Shown here piece after piece: positions 19,552 to 28,288 of a DNA stretch of 58,567 bases (the first letter of the stretch is position 1; each line of letters opens with the position of its first letter). The notes beneath the pieces were generated by a model, which was not told the DNA's origin, searched no databases, and saw only the letters and a list, made by a program, of their open reading frames with translations. A program made the translations under genes and the position numbers. The DNA comes from a virus (taxonomy: Duplodnaviria > Caudoviricetes): positions 1 through 58,567 of the IMG/VR virus record IMGVR_UViG_3300030331_003634, one strand, 5' to 3'.

Positions 19552-19673
19552 TACTATATTATTTTAAAAAAGTATTAGGGGTGCAGACGACCAAATCTTT
19601 AACCCCCGAATACAAGAACAACCTAGCCCATATTGCTAAAGCTAGGATTTTAATTATGCAGCACTCACGCAGC

Positions 19674-20138
19674 TTACTCTCGTTTTTTAGAACCCCGACC
19701 TAAGATGGTATCGACTGCAATATCGACCTCCTTTTGATTTGATGGGACATATACGTCTAATTTTTGATCGGTATCATGAAGATACTTTAAAAACAGCTTG
19801 AATCGCATCTTAAACTCAGGGGTTCTTATTCCTTTTGTTTCTATGATAAAACCTTTTTCTAAATTAATAAAGTCTGGCGTATAAGATATATTTCTTATAT
19901 TACCAGGTTTTTTTTTAAAGGTAGTTTTACCTTTTGTTTTTCCCTTATCCATAAGGAGTCCTTCAAACTTGAATTTCTCTACAAGCTCAAAAGTTTTTCC
20001 TTCGTATTGATTTGGGATCTTTGCTTTTTTAAGGGCTCTATAGCAGTAAAGCTCTAGACCTGAGGCAAATGTGATTCCATCTGCGTTGTGTTTCTTAGCT
20101 TTAGTTATCTGCTTTCCTTTTCTTCTCTTGAATCGCAT
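19674..20138 (-). CDS. PD-(D/E)xK endonuclease, T7 endonuclease I/DUF1064-like (Holliday junction resolvase)
   Basis: FASGLE...YE...YTPDF...IIETKG motif order. Confidence 0.8.
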   Translation of the reverse strand: MRFKRRKGKQITKAKKHNADGITFASGLELYCYRALKKAKIPNQYEGKTFELVEKFKFEGLLMDKGKTKGKTTFKKKPGNIRNISYTPDFINLEKGFIIETKGIRTPEFKMRFKLFLKYLHDTDQKLDVYVPSNQKEVDIAVDTILGRGSKKRE

Positions 20139-20158
20139 TAAGCTAAGATATGAAATAA

Positions 20159-20398
20159 TTACTTCTTACCTCTATTCCTAGCCCTATTTTTGGACTGACT
20201 CTCTAAAACAAGTTTGCCAGACTTAGTGTGCGAGGCATCTTTTCCATCACCTTTCTTACCATTCTTTCTGTTAAAAAGGTTTAGCTTAACACGATACTTC
20301 TTTCTCTGTTCAGATGAAGAATATTCGGAGTCGTACTTTTTTTTCTTATTATACGACTCCTTATTCTTTTTGTAATGCTTAGTGCTTTTACTTGCCAT
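20159..20398 (-). CDS. Small basic protein, degenerate HNH-like
   Basis: KGDGKDASH...SKNRARN resembles short phage HNH-derived proteins; very Lys-rich. Confidence 0.5.
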   Translation of the reverse strand: MASKSTKHYKKNKESYNKKKKYDSEYSSSEQRKKYRVKLNLFNRKNGKKGDGKDASHTKSGKLVLESQSKNRARNRGKK

Positions 20399-20428
20399 GC
20401 TATATTATTGTAGCCTGCAAGATACGAA

Positions 20429-20620
20429 TTATTTCTTTTCTTTTGGAGGAGTTGGTATGCCAAAAACGTATTTAGCAAGTTTATCTGCATTCTCTAAAAG
20501 AGATTTAGCATTCTTACTTGTTGATAGTCCTGAGGCTATCTCTAATACTCTAGCTCTCATCTCACAGTCAAACTTTAAATACTTGTACTGTTGCTCTTGA
20601 TCTTTTTGTTGCTTGTTCAT
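20429..20620 (-). CDS. Hypothetical protein
   Basis: 63-aa ORF co-directional and abutting its neighbours. Confidence 0.6.
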   Translation of the reverse strand: MNKQQKDQEQQYKYLKFDCEMRARVLEIASGLSTSKNAKSLLENADKLAKYVFGIPTPPKEKK

Positions 20621-20622
20621 TT

Positions 20623-21066
20623 CTAAAATTTAATTATAGTTAGTAAATCTAAATCTATATAGAATAATAATTCTCTATCCCATATAGATCCTGGTCGTGG
20701 GTTTTTCATGCCACCCCACTCAACTGTGGCTTTTGTTATTTCGTGCATCCAAATATATCCAATTCCATCAAGAAATCTCCAGGCTATACACAAAGGTAAT
20801 TGCTTTTGAAGTGCTTCCTTTTGACAATGCTGTATCTTTCTAACTGAGGTCCTGACCCTCTCAATGTCCTTCATGTCAAGGCTCATAGTTTTAACCTCAC
20901 AAAGAGAGACAACCTTCATAGTTTTATTATCTATAATCTCAGCATCTACTGGAGCATATCTATCTAATTGCTTAAAGGTTAAGTCCTTACCCTCTAGAAG
21001 TATAAGAAGAGTCTCAGCTTCTCTGTTTCTATCTTCTTGACTCTCAAATCTAGGCTCAACCCTCAT
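20623..21066 (-). CDS. PD-(D/E)xK nuclease-like protein (likely start MRVEPRFE at 21066)
   Basis: APVD...CEVK...WRFLDG pattern; the shorter start avoids a long overlap with the upstream gene. Confidence 0.6.
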   Translation of the reverse strand: MRVEPRFESQEDRNREAETLLILLEGKDLTFKQLDRYAPVDAEIIDNKTMKVVSLCEVKTMSLDMKDIERVRTSVRKIQHCQKEALQKQLPLCIAWRFLDGIGYIWMHEITKATVEWGGMKNPRPGSIWDRELLFYIDLDLLTIIKF

Positions 21067-21403
21067 CTTTTCCGTTACTGGATATTTCGTAATCAAACGG
21101 TGTCTCACCCTCATGATAAGCATCAGTAGACTTAATAGTCTCACTCATTCTTCTATCTACTTCATCCATGTAAACCTGAAGAAGTACAAGATAACCAGTG
21201 AGATCCATTAGATCGTTCTCACTCATGTAAGTTTCCTTGCTCTTAATTCTATTAAGCTTGTCGTTTATACGAGCTTGAATAGCATACATAGGATCAACAT
21301 TAAACAAAACTCCTTTGTCGAATACTGAATTACCATAGGATTTGTTTTTCTCTATGAGAAGATCCCTGATCTCATCACACTTTTTTCTTATTTCTTCCTG
21401 CAT
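21056..21403 (-). CDS. Nucleotide-modification-associated domain 1 (DUF1599-like) helical protein
   Basis: LLIEKNKSYGNS...RINDKLNRI...DLTGYLVL signature. Confidence 0.7.
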   Translation of the reverse strand: MQEEIRKKCDEIRDLLIEKNKSYGNSVFDKGVLFNVDPMYAIQARINDKLNRIKSKETYMSENDLMDLTGYLVLLQVYMDEVDRRMSETIKSTDAYHEGETPFDYEISSNGKDEG

Positions 21404-21635
21404 TTTTCTTTACTTTAGATTCGATAGCCTTTTTCTTAGCACTTCTATACTTACGTTTATTCGATACTTGATCTTCAGAAACCTTTGAACTACGTTTAGT
21501 TTTAGCTTTTTCTTTCTTGAGAGTGTCAAGAAGTCTGTTATTATGTCTTTCATTTTCTTTAATTTTTTGGGAATACTTTACCATGTTCCACGCTATAAGA
21601 ATAAATATAACGCAGATTACTGCTAGTGAGATCAT
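21375..21635 (-). CDS. Membrane-anchored basic hypothetical protein
   Basis: N-terminal hydrophobic helix, Lys/Arg-rich tail. Confidence 0.6.
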   Translation of the reverse strand: MISLAVICVIFILIAWNMVKYSQKIKENERHNNRLLDTLKKEKAKTKRSSKVSEDQVSNKRKYRSAKKKAIESKVKKNAGRNKKKV

Positions 21636-21646
21636 TTTAATTTAAT

Positions 21647-21832
21647 TTAACTGTTTAACTTATTTGATTCTTCTTTTAATAATGCTCTGTTTAATTCAGC
21701 CATAGTTTCTACATGATTTTCTTTTGGCTTACCTTCATTGTATCTTTTGAGTAAAAAAGCTATGTGATCTTTACTTCTCATACCCATTGGAGATTGTTTT
21801 TCCCATCCCCACTCAATTACTTTGGTTTCCAT
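21647..21832 (-). CDS. Hypothetical protein
   Basis: 61-aa ORF with AT-rich leader in the - strand run. Confidence 0.6.
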   Translation of the reverse strand: METKVIEWGWEKQSPMGMRSKDHIAFLLKRYNEGKPKENHVETMAELNRALLKEESNKLNS

Positions 21833-21889
21833 AATTTAAAATTTAATTAACAATTTTATTGTAAAGTTAATAAATTTATATTTATAACT

Positions 21890-22153
21890 TTAATATACAT
21901 CGTGAGACATACATATAAACTCATAGTCAGTTACCTTATCTATCTTTATTTGTATGTCGTTAGTTGATTTATGTTTTATCTCTAAGCCTCTTGTAAAATG
22001 CCTAACGTTCTGTAATTTTTCAGGATCAAGTTCACTAATACAGGTCATGTGAGTAGCTTCTTTCCACTTCTTAGCAGGCTTCTCCACTCCTTTTACAAAT
22101 CTTACTGTCCTCCATCTGTAATGAACTGTAGCGTGATATATTTCTTTTCTCAT
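21890..22153 (-). CDS. Hypothetical protein
   Basis: 87-aa ORF, ATGA-coupled to the upstream mini-ORF. Confidence 0.6.
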   Translation of the reverse strand: MRKEIYHATVHYRWRTVRFVKGVEKPAKKWKEATHMTCISELDPEKLQNVRHFTRGLEIKHKSTNDIQIKIDKVTDYEFICMSHDVY

Positions 22154-22251
22154 TTTCTAATAATATTATGTAAAGATCCCGCAAAGCAAATAATACAATA
22201 TATCCAAACTAGAACTGATAATAAATCTATTATTACATCAACTATCTCCAT
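22150..22251 (-). CDS. Small single-TM protein (33 aa), not in ORF track
   Basis: MEIVDVIIDLLSVLVWIYCIICFAGSLHNIIRK; fills the gap after dnaB. Confidence 0.55.
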   Translation of the reverse strand: MEIVDVIIDLLSVLVWIYCIICFAGSLHNIIRK

Positions 22252-22253
22252 AA

Positions 22254-23576
22254 CTAAAAAGATTCTGATGGTTGAGCAGATATAAACTTCTCAGTATAAT
22301 CCTGAGGGTCTATAAACTTAGTGTACTCTTTCTTAAACTTAAGAGGTAGTGTGCCAGTTCCTATATTCCTACCTTTAGCAAATATAAGGTCCACAAGGCC
22401 TTCGGTAGACTTTCCACTATCATCAGACATAATACCATAGTATTCAGGTCTGTATACAAGCATAACAATATCAGATGCCTGTTCTATCTCTCCACTTTCA
22501 CGAAGATCAGATAGGCTAGGTCTACAACCATCTCTACGTTCTACACCTCTACTAAGTTGTGACAGAGCTACTATTGTTATGTTTAACTCCTTAGCTAAGT
22601 TTTTTAACTCACGAGCCACCATAGCAACCTCTTGCTCTCTAGATGTACCACTACCCTTAACAAGTTGCAAGTAATCTACAAGAACAAACTTAACATCTTT
22701 AGTTATAACGTACTGTCTTATCTTATTAAGAAGATACCTAAGAGATGAATCCTTACACTCATCTATAAACAGATTAACACCCTCTAGCTTTCCTATAGCC
22801 TTATCAACTCTGTTAAGCTCTCCACTCTCTAATGCACCCTTCATTATGTACCTGTTATTAACCTCACTCTCTAAGGAAACTAATCTTTGTAGTAACTGAG
22901 TATCCCCCATCTCGTAAGAGAATACTGCAGATGGAATACCTACCTTAGCACAGTTATAGCAGAAGGCTAAACCAAGTGATGTCTTACCCATAGATGAAGC
23001 ACCACCAATAACAATAAAATCAGTCTCTTGCCACCCACCAGTGAACTTGTCTACTGATTGAAATCCTGTAGGTAGACCAACCATGTTTTCAGAGTCCATT
23101 CTTCTTCTTATATCATCATGCAGTGTCTTTAATTGCTTTTTAATATCAGGTATGTCACTACCCCTGACCTCAGATATAGACTTCATTTGCTCTTCTACGA
23201 ACTCTATAACGTTAAATAAGTCATCACCATTATCAATCTTCTTTGTAGTAAGCTCTGCTAGTTTTTTAAGTCTTATCTTTTTATCCTCTTGAGATAAATA
23301 TAGAACCATGTTCTTTGTTATGTAAGCATAATGATCAGAACTCATGCACTCAGCTACCCTGAGGTCCACAAGAGGATCTTTAATAGCAGATGATATTATA
23401 ATCATATCAACTTTATCACCTTTGTCTAGCCTTTCAGATACAACTTTATATATCTTCCTATTTAAAGGATCGGTAAATATCTCCTCAGATATAAGGCTAT
23501 GACAGTCGTAATAGTCTCTTGGACTAGACATTATCTTACCGATAAGCCTCATCTCCATATCCATATTATCTTTCAT
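22254..23576 (-). CDS. dnaB: Replicative DNA helicase (DnaB family)
   Basis: GASSMGKT Walker A, FSYEM, VDYLQL, ALSQLSR, DLRESGEIEQASD, AKGRN. Confidence 0.95.
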   Translation of the reverse strand: MKDNMDMEMRLIGKIMSSPRDYYDCHSLISEEIFTDPLNRKIYKVVSERLDKGDKVDMIIISSAIKDPLVDLRVAECMSSDHYAYITKNMVLYLSQEDKKIRLKKLAELTTKKIDNGDDLFNVIEFVEEQMKSISEVRGSDIPDIKKQLKTLHDDIRRRMDSENMVGLPTGFQSVDKFTGGWQETDFIVIGGASSMGKTSLGLAFCYNCAKVGIPSAVFSYEMGDTQLLQRLVSLESEVNNRYIMKGALESGELNRVDKAIGKLEGVNLFIDECKDSSLRYLLNKIRQYVITKDVKFVLVDYLQLVKGSGTSREQEVAMVARELKNLAKELNITIVALSQLSRGVERRDGCRPSLSDLRESGEIEQASDIVMLVYRPEYYGIMSDDSGKSTEGLVDLIFAKGRNIGTGTLPLKFKKEYTKFIDPQDYTEKFISAQPSESF

Positions 23577-24060
23577 CTGTAATATATTTAGGTTTAACGT
23601 ATCGGTTAGATTTCTTTTTATTTACATTAACTTCATCTTCCCATCCTCTAGAATTAAGCCAAGTTCTAGGAAACTTTCTATAAGTTCTATCAGGTGTTGA
23701 TTCAACATAAACCTTAACTCCTTTTATCGCCTCTCCCATTTCATTTAAGGTTAAATTCATAAACGATTTCCTTGTGTTGGGTTTGTCTTTTTTGTAATCA
23801 TACAAATTCCAAAACATCTCAAATGCTTTTTCTTTTCTTTGATTTTCAGTCTTAGGCTTAGACTTTCCAGTGAGCCTTAAATCTATAGTGTTAAAGTGAT
23901 TAACAATATTATTAAAAACACAACTAGATTCTATCTCGTTATTATATACAGATCGGTGTGTATTAGTTGAGGTGTGAAAGTTTATACAACTACCATCTAC
24001 CTCAATAAATTCTACCTTATCTATACTTATAATGTCTGTGTCTGATATTCTGTACTTCAT
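23566..24060 (-). CDS. Putative replication initiator/helicase-loader protein (start MKYRISD)
   Basis: FEMFWNLY..KKDK...FPRTWLNSRGWEDE, typical of phage replication-protein C-termini; directly upstream of dnaB; canonical leader at 24061-24080. Confidence 0.65.
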   Translation of the reverse strand: MKYRISDTDIISIDKVEFIEVDGSCINFHTSTNTHRSVYNNEIESSCVFNNIVNHFNTIDLRLTGKSKPKTENQRKEKAFEMFWNLYDYKKDKPNTRKSFMNLTLNEMGEAIKGVKVYVESTPDRTYRKFPRTWLNSRGWEDEVNVNKKKSNRYVKPKYITDER

Positions 24061-24084
24061 AGTTTTTTTTGGTTGTTTAAAAAT

Positions 24085-24181
24085 AAAAGAGGCTGACTTG
24101 CATACTGGCGGTAGACACATAAGATCTACCTCAATAGACGTACACTTATACAAGAAAAATCTTCATACGCCAGCCTCTTTT
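24085..24181 (-). promoter_or_regulatory. Structured intergenic RNA element / terminator-attenuator
   Basis: Minus strand: aaaagaggctggc pairs gtcagcctctttt; inner cttgtata/tatgcaag and ggtaga/tctacc stems; U-rich tail. Confidence 0.6.
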
Positions 24182-24184
24182 AAA

Positions 24185-24457
24185 TTAGAATGGTAAGTCG
24201 TCAGCTACTGCTTCTTTCTTAGCTTCAGGTTTCCAAGTGTCTACCTCAACGTAGTGTGTTTTACCATAATCATCAGCACCATTACGTTTTTTTACAACCT
24301 TTAAGGTTACAAATTTATCACCTGTTTTACCATCGAAGATATAATCTCCAGCTTCTTGTTTCAATTTAGTTAAATTCAAAGAGAACTGTACTAAATCTCC
24401 ATCAAATTTTTCTACTCCGTTTCCAACGTAGATTTTTTCTTTTGTTTTGTTACTCAT
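24185..24457 (-). CDS. Single-stranded DNA-binding protein-like
   Basis: Small beta-rich protein with acidic DDLPF C-terminus next to recombination genes. Confidence 0.7.
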   Translation of the reverse strand: MSNKTKEKIYVGNGVEKFDGDLVQFSLNLTKLKQEAGDYIFDGKTGDKFVTLKVVKKRNGADDYGKTHYVEVDTWKPEAKKEAVADDLPF

Positions 24458-24659
24458 AGCTTTCAGCTTTTATAAAATAATTAACTAGTGCCTTCCTTTC
24501 TGTTGTTTTTATATACTTAGCAATCCTTCTAAGATGTTTAACTTTAAACTCATCAGGTTTCTCTAAGTATTTGTCTAGGGTAGGTCGGCTTAACCCTAAT
24601 CTTTCTGCAAGCCAAGGCTTGTATATTTTACTTTCTTTTAATTTATCTTTCAATGTCAT
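24450..24659 (-). CDS. Helix-turn-helix (XRE/Cro-like) regulator
   Basis: WLAERLGLSRPTLDKYL. Confidence 0.75.
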   Translation of the reverse strand: MTLKDKLKESKIYKPWLAERLGLSRPTLDKYLEKPDEFKVKHLRRIAKYIKTTERKALVNYFIKAESYE

Positions 24660-25423
24660 AGCGTTTCCATTATTAAATGTTGTTCAACGATCTCCTCGTT
24701 ATCTATGAAGAATCTTCTGTAAACATCTAGTAGATACTTATACTCTTGTCTACCCCTCTTTACAAACTCATCTCCAGCATAAAATATAGAAACATTATAA
24801 GGTCTCTCTTTTTCCTGAGTTATAAATACAAACTCATCACAACCAAAACCATCCATATAAAAGGCTGATTGTCTATCATATCCATACTTCTTACAAGAGT
24901 TAGAGAATCCATAGAAGCTACCATCTGCAGTAGTTTTTAAGTCTACCAACAACTTATCATTACGATAGTCTGCTTTACCCTTACAGAAAACATTTGTATC
25001 ATCATCCTTCCAAGCGTTAGCTATCTCCCTCTCTCCTTCTGATTGAAGAAGATCTCTAACTTCAGAATGACTAAATAATACATCTTGCATATACATAATC
25101 TTATCGTATTCTTTTTGTAAGATTATTGTAGGTGCTTTAGGGTTATTTTCTTTGAACTCTTTAAAGCCTTTAGTAGTTCTTGTAGCAGAATCAAAAACTA
25201 AAACTTTATTGTTAAAGTCATTAGGCTCTAACATAGCTACATGATATGCTCTACCAAAGATCATAGGCATAGTCTCCTTGTTAAGTTCAGGATTATCCCT
25301 CATCATCTTATAAGTTCTAACATCCTTCTTTATTAACCCTAACTGCGAGTTCGTTACAAACTCGTAGTCAGAGTAATAAAAGGAGTCATCGACTAGTTTC
25401 TTTATAAACTTATCTAAACTCAT
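24656..25423 (-). CDS. RecE/exonuclease VIII-like PD-(D/E)xK nuclease (DUF3799-like)
   Basis: FGRAYH, CKGKAD, VDLKTT, YGYDRQSAFY, FVFITQEK. Confidence 0.85.
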   Translation of the reverse strand: MSLDKFIKKLVDDSFYYSDYEFVTNSQLGLIKKDVRTYKMMRDNPELNKETMPMIFGRAYHVAMLEPNDFNNKVLVFDSATRTTKGFKEFKENNPKAPTIILQKEYDKIMYMQDVLFSHSEVRDLLQSEGEREIANAWKDDDTNVFCKGKADYRNDKLLVDLKTTADGSFYGFSNSCKKYGYDRQSAFYMDGFGCDEFVFITQEKERPYNVSIFYAGDEFVKRGRQEYKYLLDVYRRFFIDNEEIVEQHLIMETL

Positions 25424-25995
25424 TACACTAAAGTCTTAGATATTTTAAGGACTTTATCAAGATTATCTTGTTGATTCTTAGTCATAGTGTATCCAGCCAT
25501 CTTTTGCTCTACTACACTACCTTTACCATCCTCAATAGCCTTCATCATACTCTTGTATTGAGAGTCCGTTAGCTTAGGTTTAGATGTAATTTTCTTATTT
25601 GAACTCATACGAGTACCTTTAACAGCCATGTTGCCATCATCATCATCTCCTGTAACTACACCAACAAATGATGCAAGTGCGTACCTTCTAGCATAAGATA
25701 TAGCAGAGCCTACACCATGTGCATCTTCTTTTGCAGGTATATAACATGTTGATGCTAGGTACTCTCCACTAGAATGTGATAGGATTGTTGTTACACCACC
25801 TACATCAGTAGGCATTTGAATAATTGCTAACTCGTTATCTGCTAGTAGCTTACGAACAGAGTCCCATACTGATCCAAGATCGGCATAGCTTGACTTGAAG
25901 AAAGGGTTTTTTGAGTTTTCTTTTGCAGGTCTTAATTGAGACTGCACTTTCGATAAGGCAAGGGTTAGCTTGCCAATTGTTTCTGACTTTTCCAT
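25423..25995 (-). CDS. erf: ERF-family single-strand annealing recombinase
   Basis: KNPFFKSSYADL, HSSGEY, GSAISYARRYALASFVG..DDDDG. Confidence 0.9.
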   Translation of the reverse strand: MEKSETIGKLTLALSKVQSQLRPAKENSKNPFFKSSYADLGSVWDSVRKLLADNELAIIQMPTDVGGVTTILSHSSGEYLASTCYIPAKEDAHGVGSAISYARRYALASFVGVVTGDDDDGNMAVKGTRMSSNKKITSKPKLTDSQYKSMMKAIEDGKGSVVEQKMAGYTMTKNQQDNLDKVLKISKTLV

Positions 25996-26030
25996 AGTTT
26001 TTGGTTTTTAAATTTAATTAACTTCTGATG

Positions 26031-26038
26031 CAAATATA
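26031..26038 (-). promoter_or_regulatory. Bacteroidota -7 promoter box for the recombination/replication operon
   Basis: tatatttg on the minus strand 35 nt upstream of erf. Confidence 0.6.
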
Positions 26039-26106
26039 GTAAATTATTTTACATATTACTATATTATTTCTAAAATATTATAAGATATATCTTTAGGCAT
26101 TAATGT

Positions 26107-26445
26107 TTAAGTAAGTTCTCCAGCATTTCTTTTTCGTATTGCATAGACTTTGTAGATAAATTCTATTAAAGATAATTCTTTTTCTAGTAATTCCTCAAGG
26201 TCTTTGTTGCTAAAAGATCTATCTACTGCATCTATTATGTTATATATTTTAACTTTATTATTTGATGTGTCTAACTTAAATAGTTTTTTACCTTTCAAAA
26301 GGGATTGTATATTATTTATATCATTAATTATAGGGTTTATATATTTCCTCTGTATTTTAGCGTATAGAACATACTTAGTACAGGGGTCTTTCTCTCCCCT
26401 CATCCAAACTTGGTCTACATCAATTGTCCTTACTTGGTTGTTCAT
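26107..26445 (-). CDS. Hypothetical protein
   Basis: 112-aa ORF in the early cluster. Confidence 0.6.
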   Translation of the reverse strand: MNNQVRTIDVDQVWMRGEKDPCTKYVLYAKIQRKYINPIINDINNIQSLLKGKKLFKLDTSNNKVKIYNIIDAVDRSFSNKDLEELLEKELSLIEFIYKVYAIRKRNAGELT

Positions 26446-26456
26446 CTTATTTAAAT

Positions 26457-26720
26457 TTATGATTTAAGGTGTTGTAAAATTGGGTTAGTAGGGTCAAGAC
26501 CTTTAATTACACTTACTAACTCATCAATGTCCATCTCCAAGTCCGTAACGATACTACGTTTGATTTCGTTTTCTAATTTAAGCTCTGCCTTGAGTTCTTT
26601 ATTTTGTTTTTCTAAAGCCTCTATTCTTATTCTTTGAAATTCTTCTACTTCCATAATTATTTTTTTTACTTTGTTTATATTTCCTTGATGCACCCATGGG
26701 TGATTATTAAAGTCCACCAT
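26457..26720 (-). CDS. Coiled-coil hypothetical protein (start may be internal MEVEEF)
   Basis: RIRIEALEKQNKELKAEL heptads. Confidence 0.55.
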   Translation of the reverse strand: MVDFNNHPWVHQGNINKVKKIIMEVEEFQRIRIEALEKQNKELKAELKLENEIKRSIVTDLEMDIDELVSVIKGLDPTNPILQHLKS

Positions 26721-26995
26721 TATTCTAGTTTTCTAATTATTTTGTTAAACTCTGTCTCTGTTTTTAAAGATATATCTTTTGATATTTTTTTGAAGTAATC
26801 AGACCTACCTACCTCTCTAGATTGCATATCTAAAAAGTCTACTATCAAATCTCTAATTTGTTTTAGAACTTGAGCATCCCTCATCTTTAGTTCAAACTCT
26901 AGCATAGGTAGGGAGTCAAGGGAGTTGAATTTAGATGAGTCTACTTCCCTTACCATCCATATCATCCTACTTATAAATTGTTGTCTAGTTTCCAC
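26720..26995 (-). CDS. Hypothetical protein
   Basis: 91-aa ORF with 1-nt overlaps to both neighbours. Confidence 0.6.
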   Translation of the reverse strand: METRQQFISRMIWMVREVDSSKFNSLDSLPMLEFELKMRDAQVLKQIRDLIVDFLDMQSREVGRSDYFKKISKDISLKTETEFNKIIRKLE

Positions 26996-27267
26996 TATAA
27001 ATGTCCCCCATATATTTTTTTACCCTTAACAACAACATCATACCTCATTTCTTTTTCAGTGTTTTCACACATACCTTTGTATTTATCCAAACCATCTCCG
27101 AATATAGCCTCTTTCTTTTTCATTTCTTTATCAATCAGATAATCAATATCTTCATTGAGCCAAAGCCAATTTTCTATATCTTCTATTTCTACACCTTTAG
27201 GTACTTTAACTTCGATTTCTACATATTTGTGAAAGACTCTCCTTTCACTTACTATTACTTTTCTCAT
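26995..27267 (-). CDS. Hypothetical protein
   Basis: 90-aa ORF ending YGGHL. Confidence 0.65.
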   Translation of the reverse strand: MRKVIVSERRVFHKYVEIEVKVPKGVEIEDIENWLWLNEDIDYLIDKEMKKKEAIFGDGLDKYKGMCENTEKEMRYDVVVKGKKIYGGHL

Positions 27268-27284
27268 GTCTTTTAGTTTTAAGG

Positions 27285-27662
27285 TTAATTTAATTCTACT
27301 TTTATGTATATATTAAACACATCCCCATAGTCTCCTATATCTGAGTGTACTACGTTATCTTCTCCAACACATACAATACACCTATCACCATCTAATGCCA
27401 TTTCTATAAATGAATTTATCTCTTGAACATCTTTATATTCTTCATACCACTTAAGGCTACTCGCTTGATATAAGATAATATCGTTAGACTTGTCTATCGT
27501 AGTACCATTACTAATTTCCTTCCACCTCTGTGTGTGGTGTTTCTTTTTAAACTTATAACTATACTCACCCTCTGCCATAAGGTTATGTCTAGTTAAAAGT
27601 ATATCCATCTTTTCTTCATCTTTCTTTGGTACTGCTATATGTACCTCGCTTGTATATCCCAT
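27285..27662 (-). CDS. Hypothetical phage protein
   Basis: MGYTSEV...KWYEEY...VGED pattern seen in phage early proteins. Confidence 0.65.
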   Translation of the reverse strand: MGYTSEVHIAVPKKDEEKMDILLTRHNLMAEGEYSYKFKKKHHTQRWKEISNGTTIDKSNDIILYQASSLKWYEEYKDVQEINSFIEMALDGDRCIVCVGEDNVVHSDIGDYGDVFNIYIKVELN

Positions 27663-27664
27663 AA

Positions 27665-27763
27665 TTAAATGTATTTTCTTATTAGTTTTATTTTTTCTGT
27701 ATCCGTTAGTTCTTCACTATCCAATATATTTATTAGATAACATTCAAACTCTTCGTTGCTCAT
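27665..27763 (-). CDS. Small hypothetical protein (32 aa), not in ORF track
   Basis: MSNEEFECYLINILDSEELTDTEKIKLIRKYI fills the intergenic gap. Confidence 0.5.
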   Translation of the reverse strand: MSNEEFECYLINILDSEELTDTEKIKLIRKYI

Positions 27764-27768
27764 AATTT

Positions 27769-28086
27769 CTAGTTGTTTTGGTTATAATCTTTAATAAATT
27801 TTATTACTGCTTTATATGTATCTGTTATAGACTTTGTATCTAAAGCATTCTCTATGTTCTCCATATTATCTTCATGTTCATATTCTAAATGACGAATTTT
27901 CTCTATCACTGGCATAAGCCAATCCCAAGACTTATCAAAAGATAATTCTTCTCCTTCATACCATGTACAATGATACTTTTCATCATAAACATGATAATCT
28001 GTAAAATGGTAGTTTACTAAGCCACTTTTAAATTCTTTCCTTTTTAACTCTAAAAATTCTGCTATAAGTTTATTCGTCTTCTCCAT
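27769..28086 (-). CDS. SWDWLMPV-family early protein, paralog 1
   Basis: NKLIAEF...KSWDWLMPVI...TYKAVIKFIKDYN. Confidence 0.7.
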   Translation of the reverse strand: MEKTNKLIAEFLELKRKEFKSGLVNYHFTDYHVYDEKYHCTWYEGEELSFDKSWDWLMPVIEKIRHLEYEHEDNMENIENALDTKSITDTYKAVIKFIKDYNQNN

Positions 28087-28288
28087 AACTATTTTCTTTC
28101 ATTGCTTGTTGTGTTTCTCTTACGATCTCCATGTGTTTCTCGTTATCGGGATTGAACTCCTCTTTCTTCTTATATAAGGCGTAACGATATTCTTCATCAG
28201 CCATTCTACCTCTTAGCTCTCTCTCTATGTTTATACCTTCCATAAAGCCTTGAGCCATCTGTATAAATAATTCTTTAGTTTTTCCCAT
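28070..28288 (-). CDS. Hypothetical protein
   Basis: 72-aa ORF beginning MGKTKELF between the two paralogs. Confidence 0.6.
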   Translation of the reverse strand: MGKTKELFIQMAQGFMEGINIERELRGRMADEEYRYALYKKKEEFNPDNEKHMEIVRETQQAMKENSYGEDE

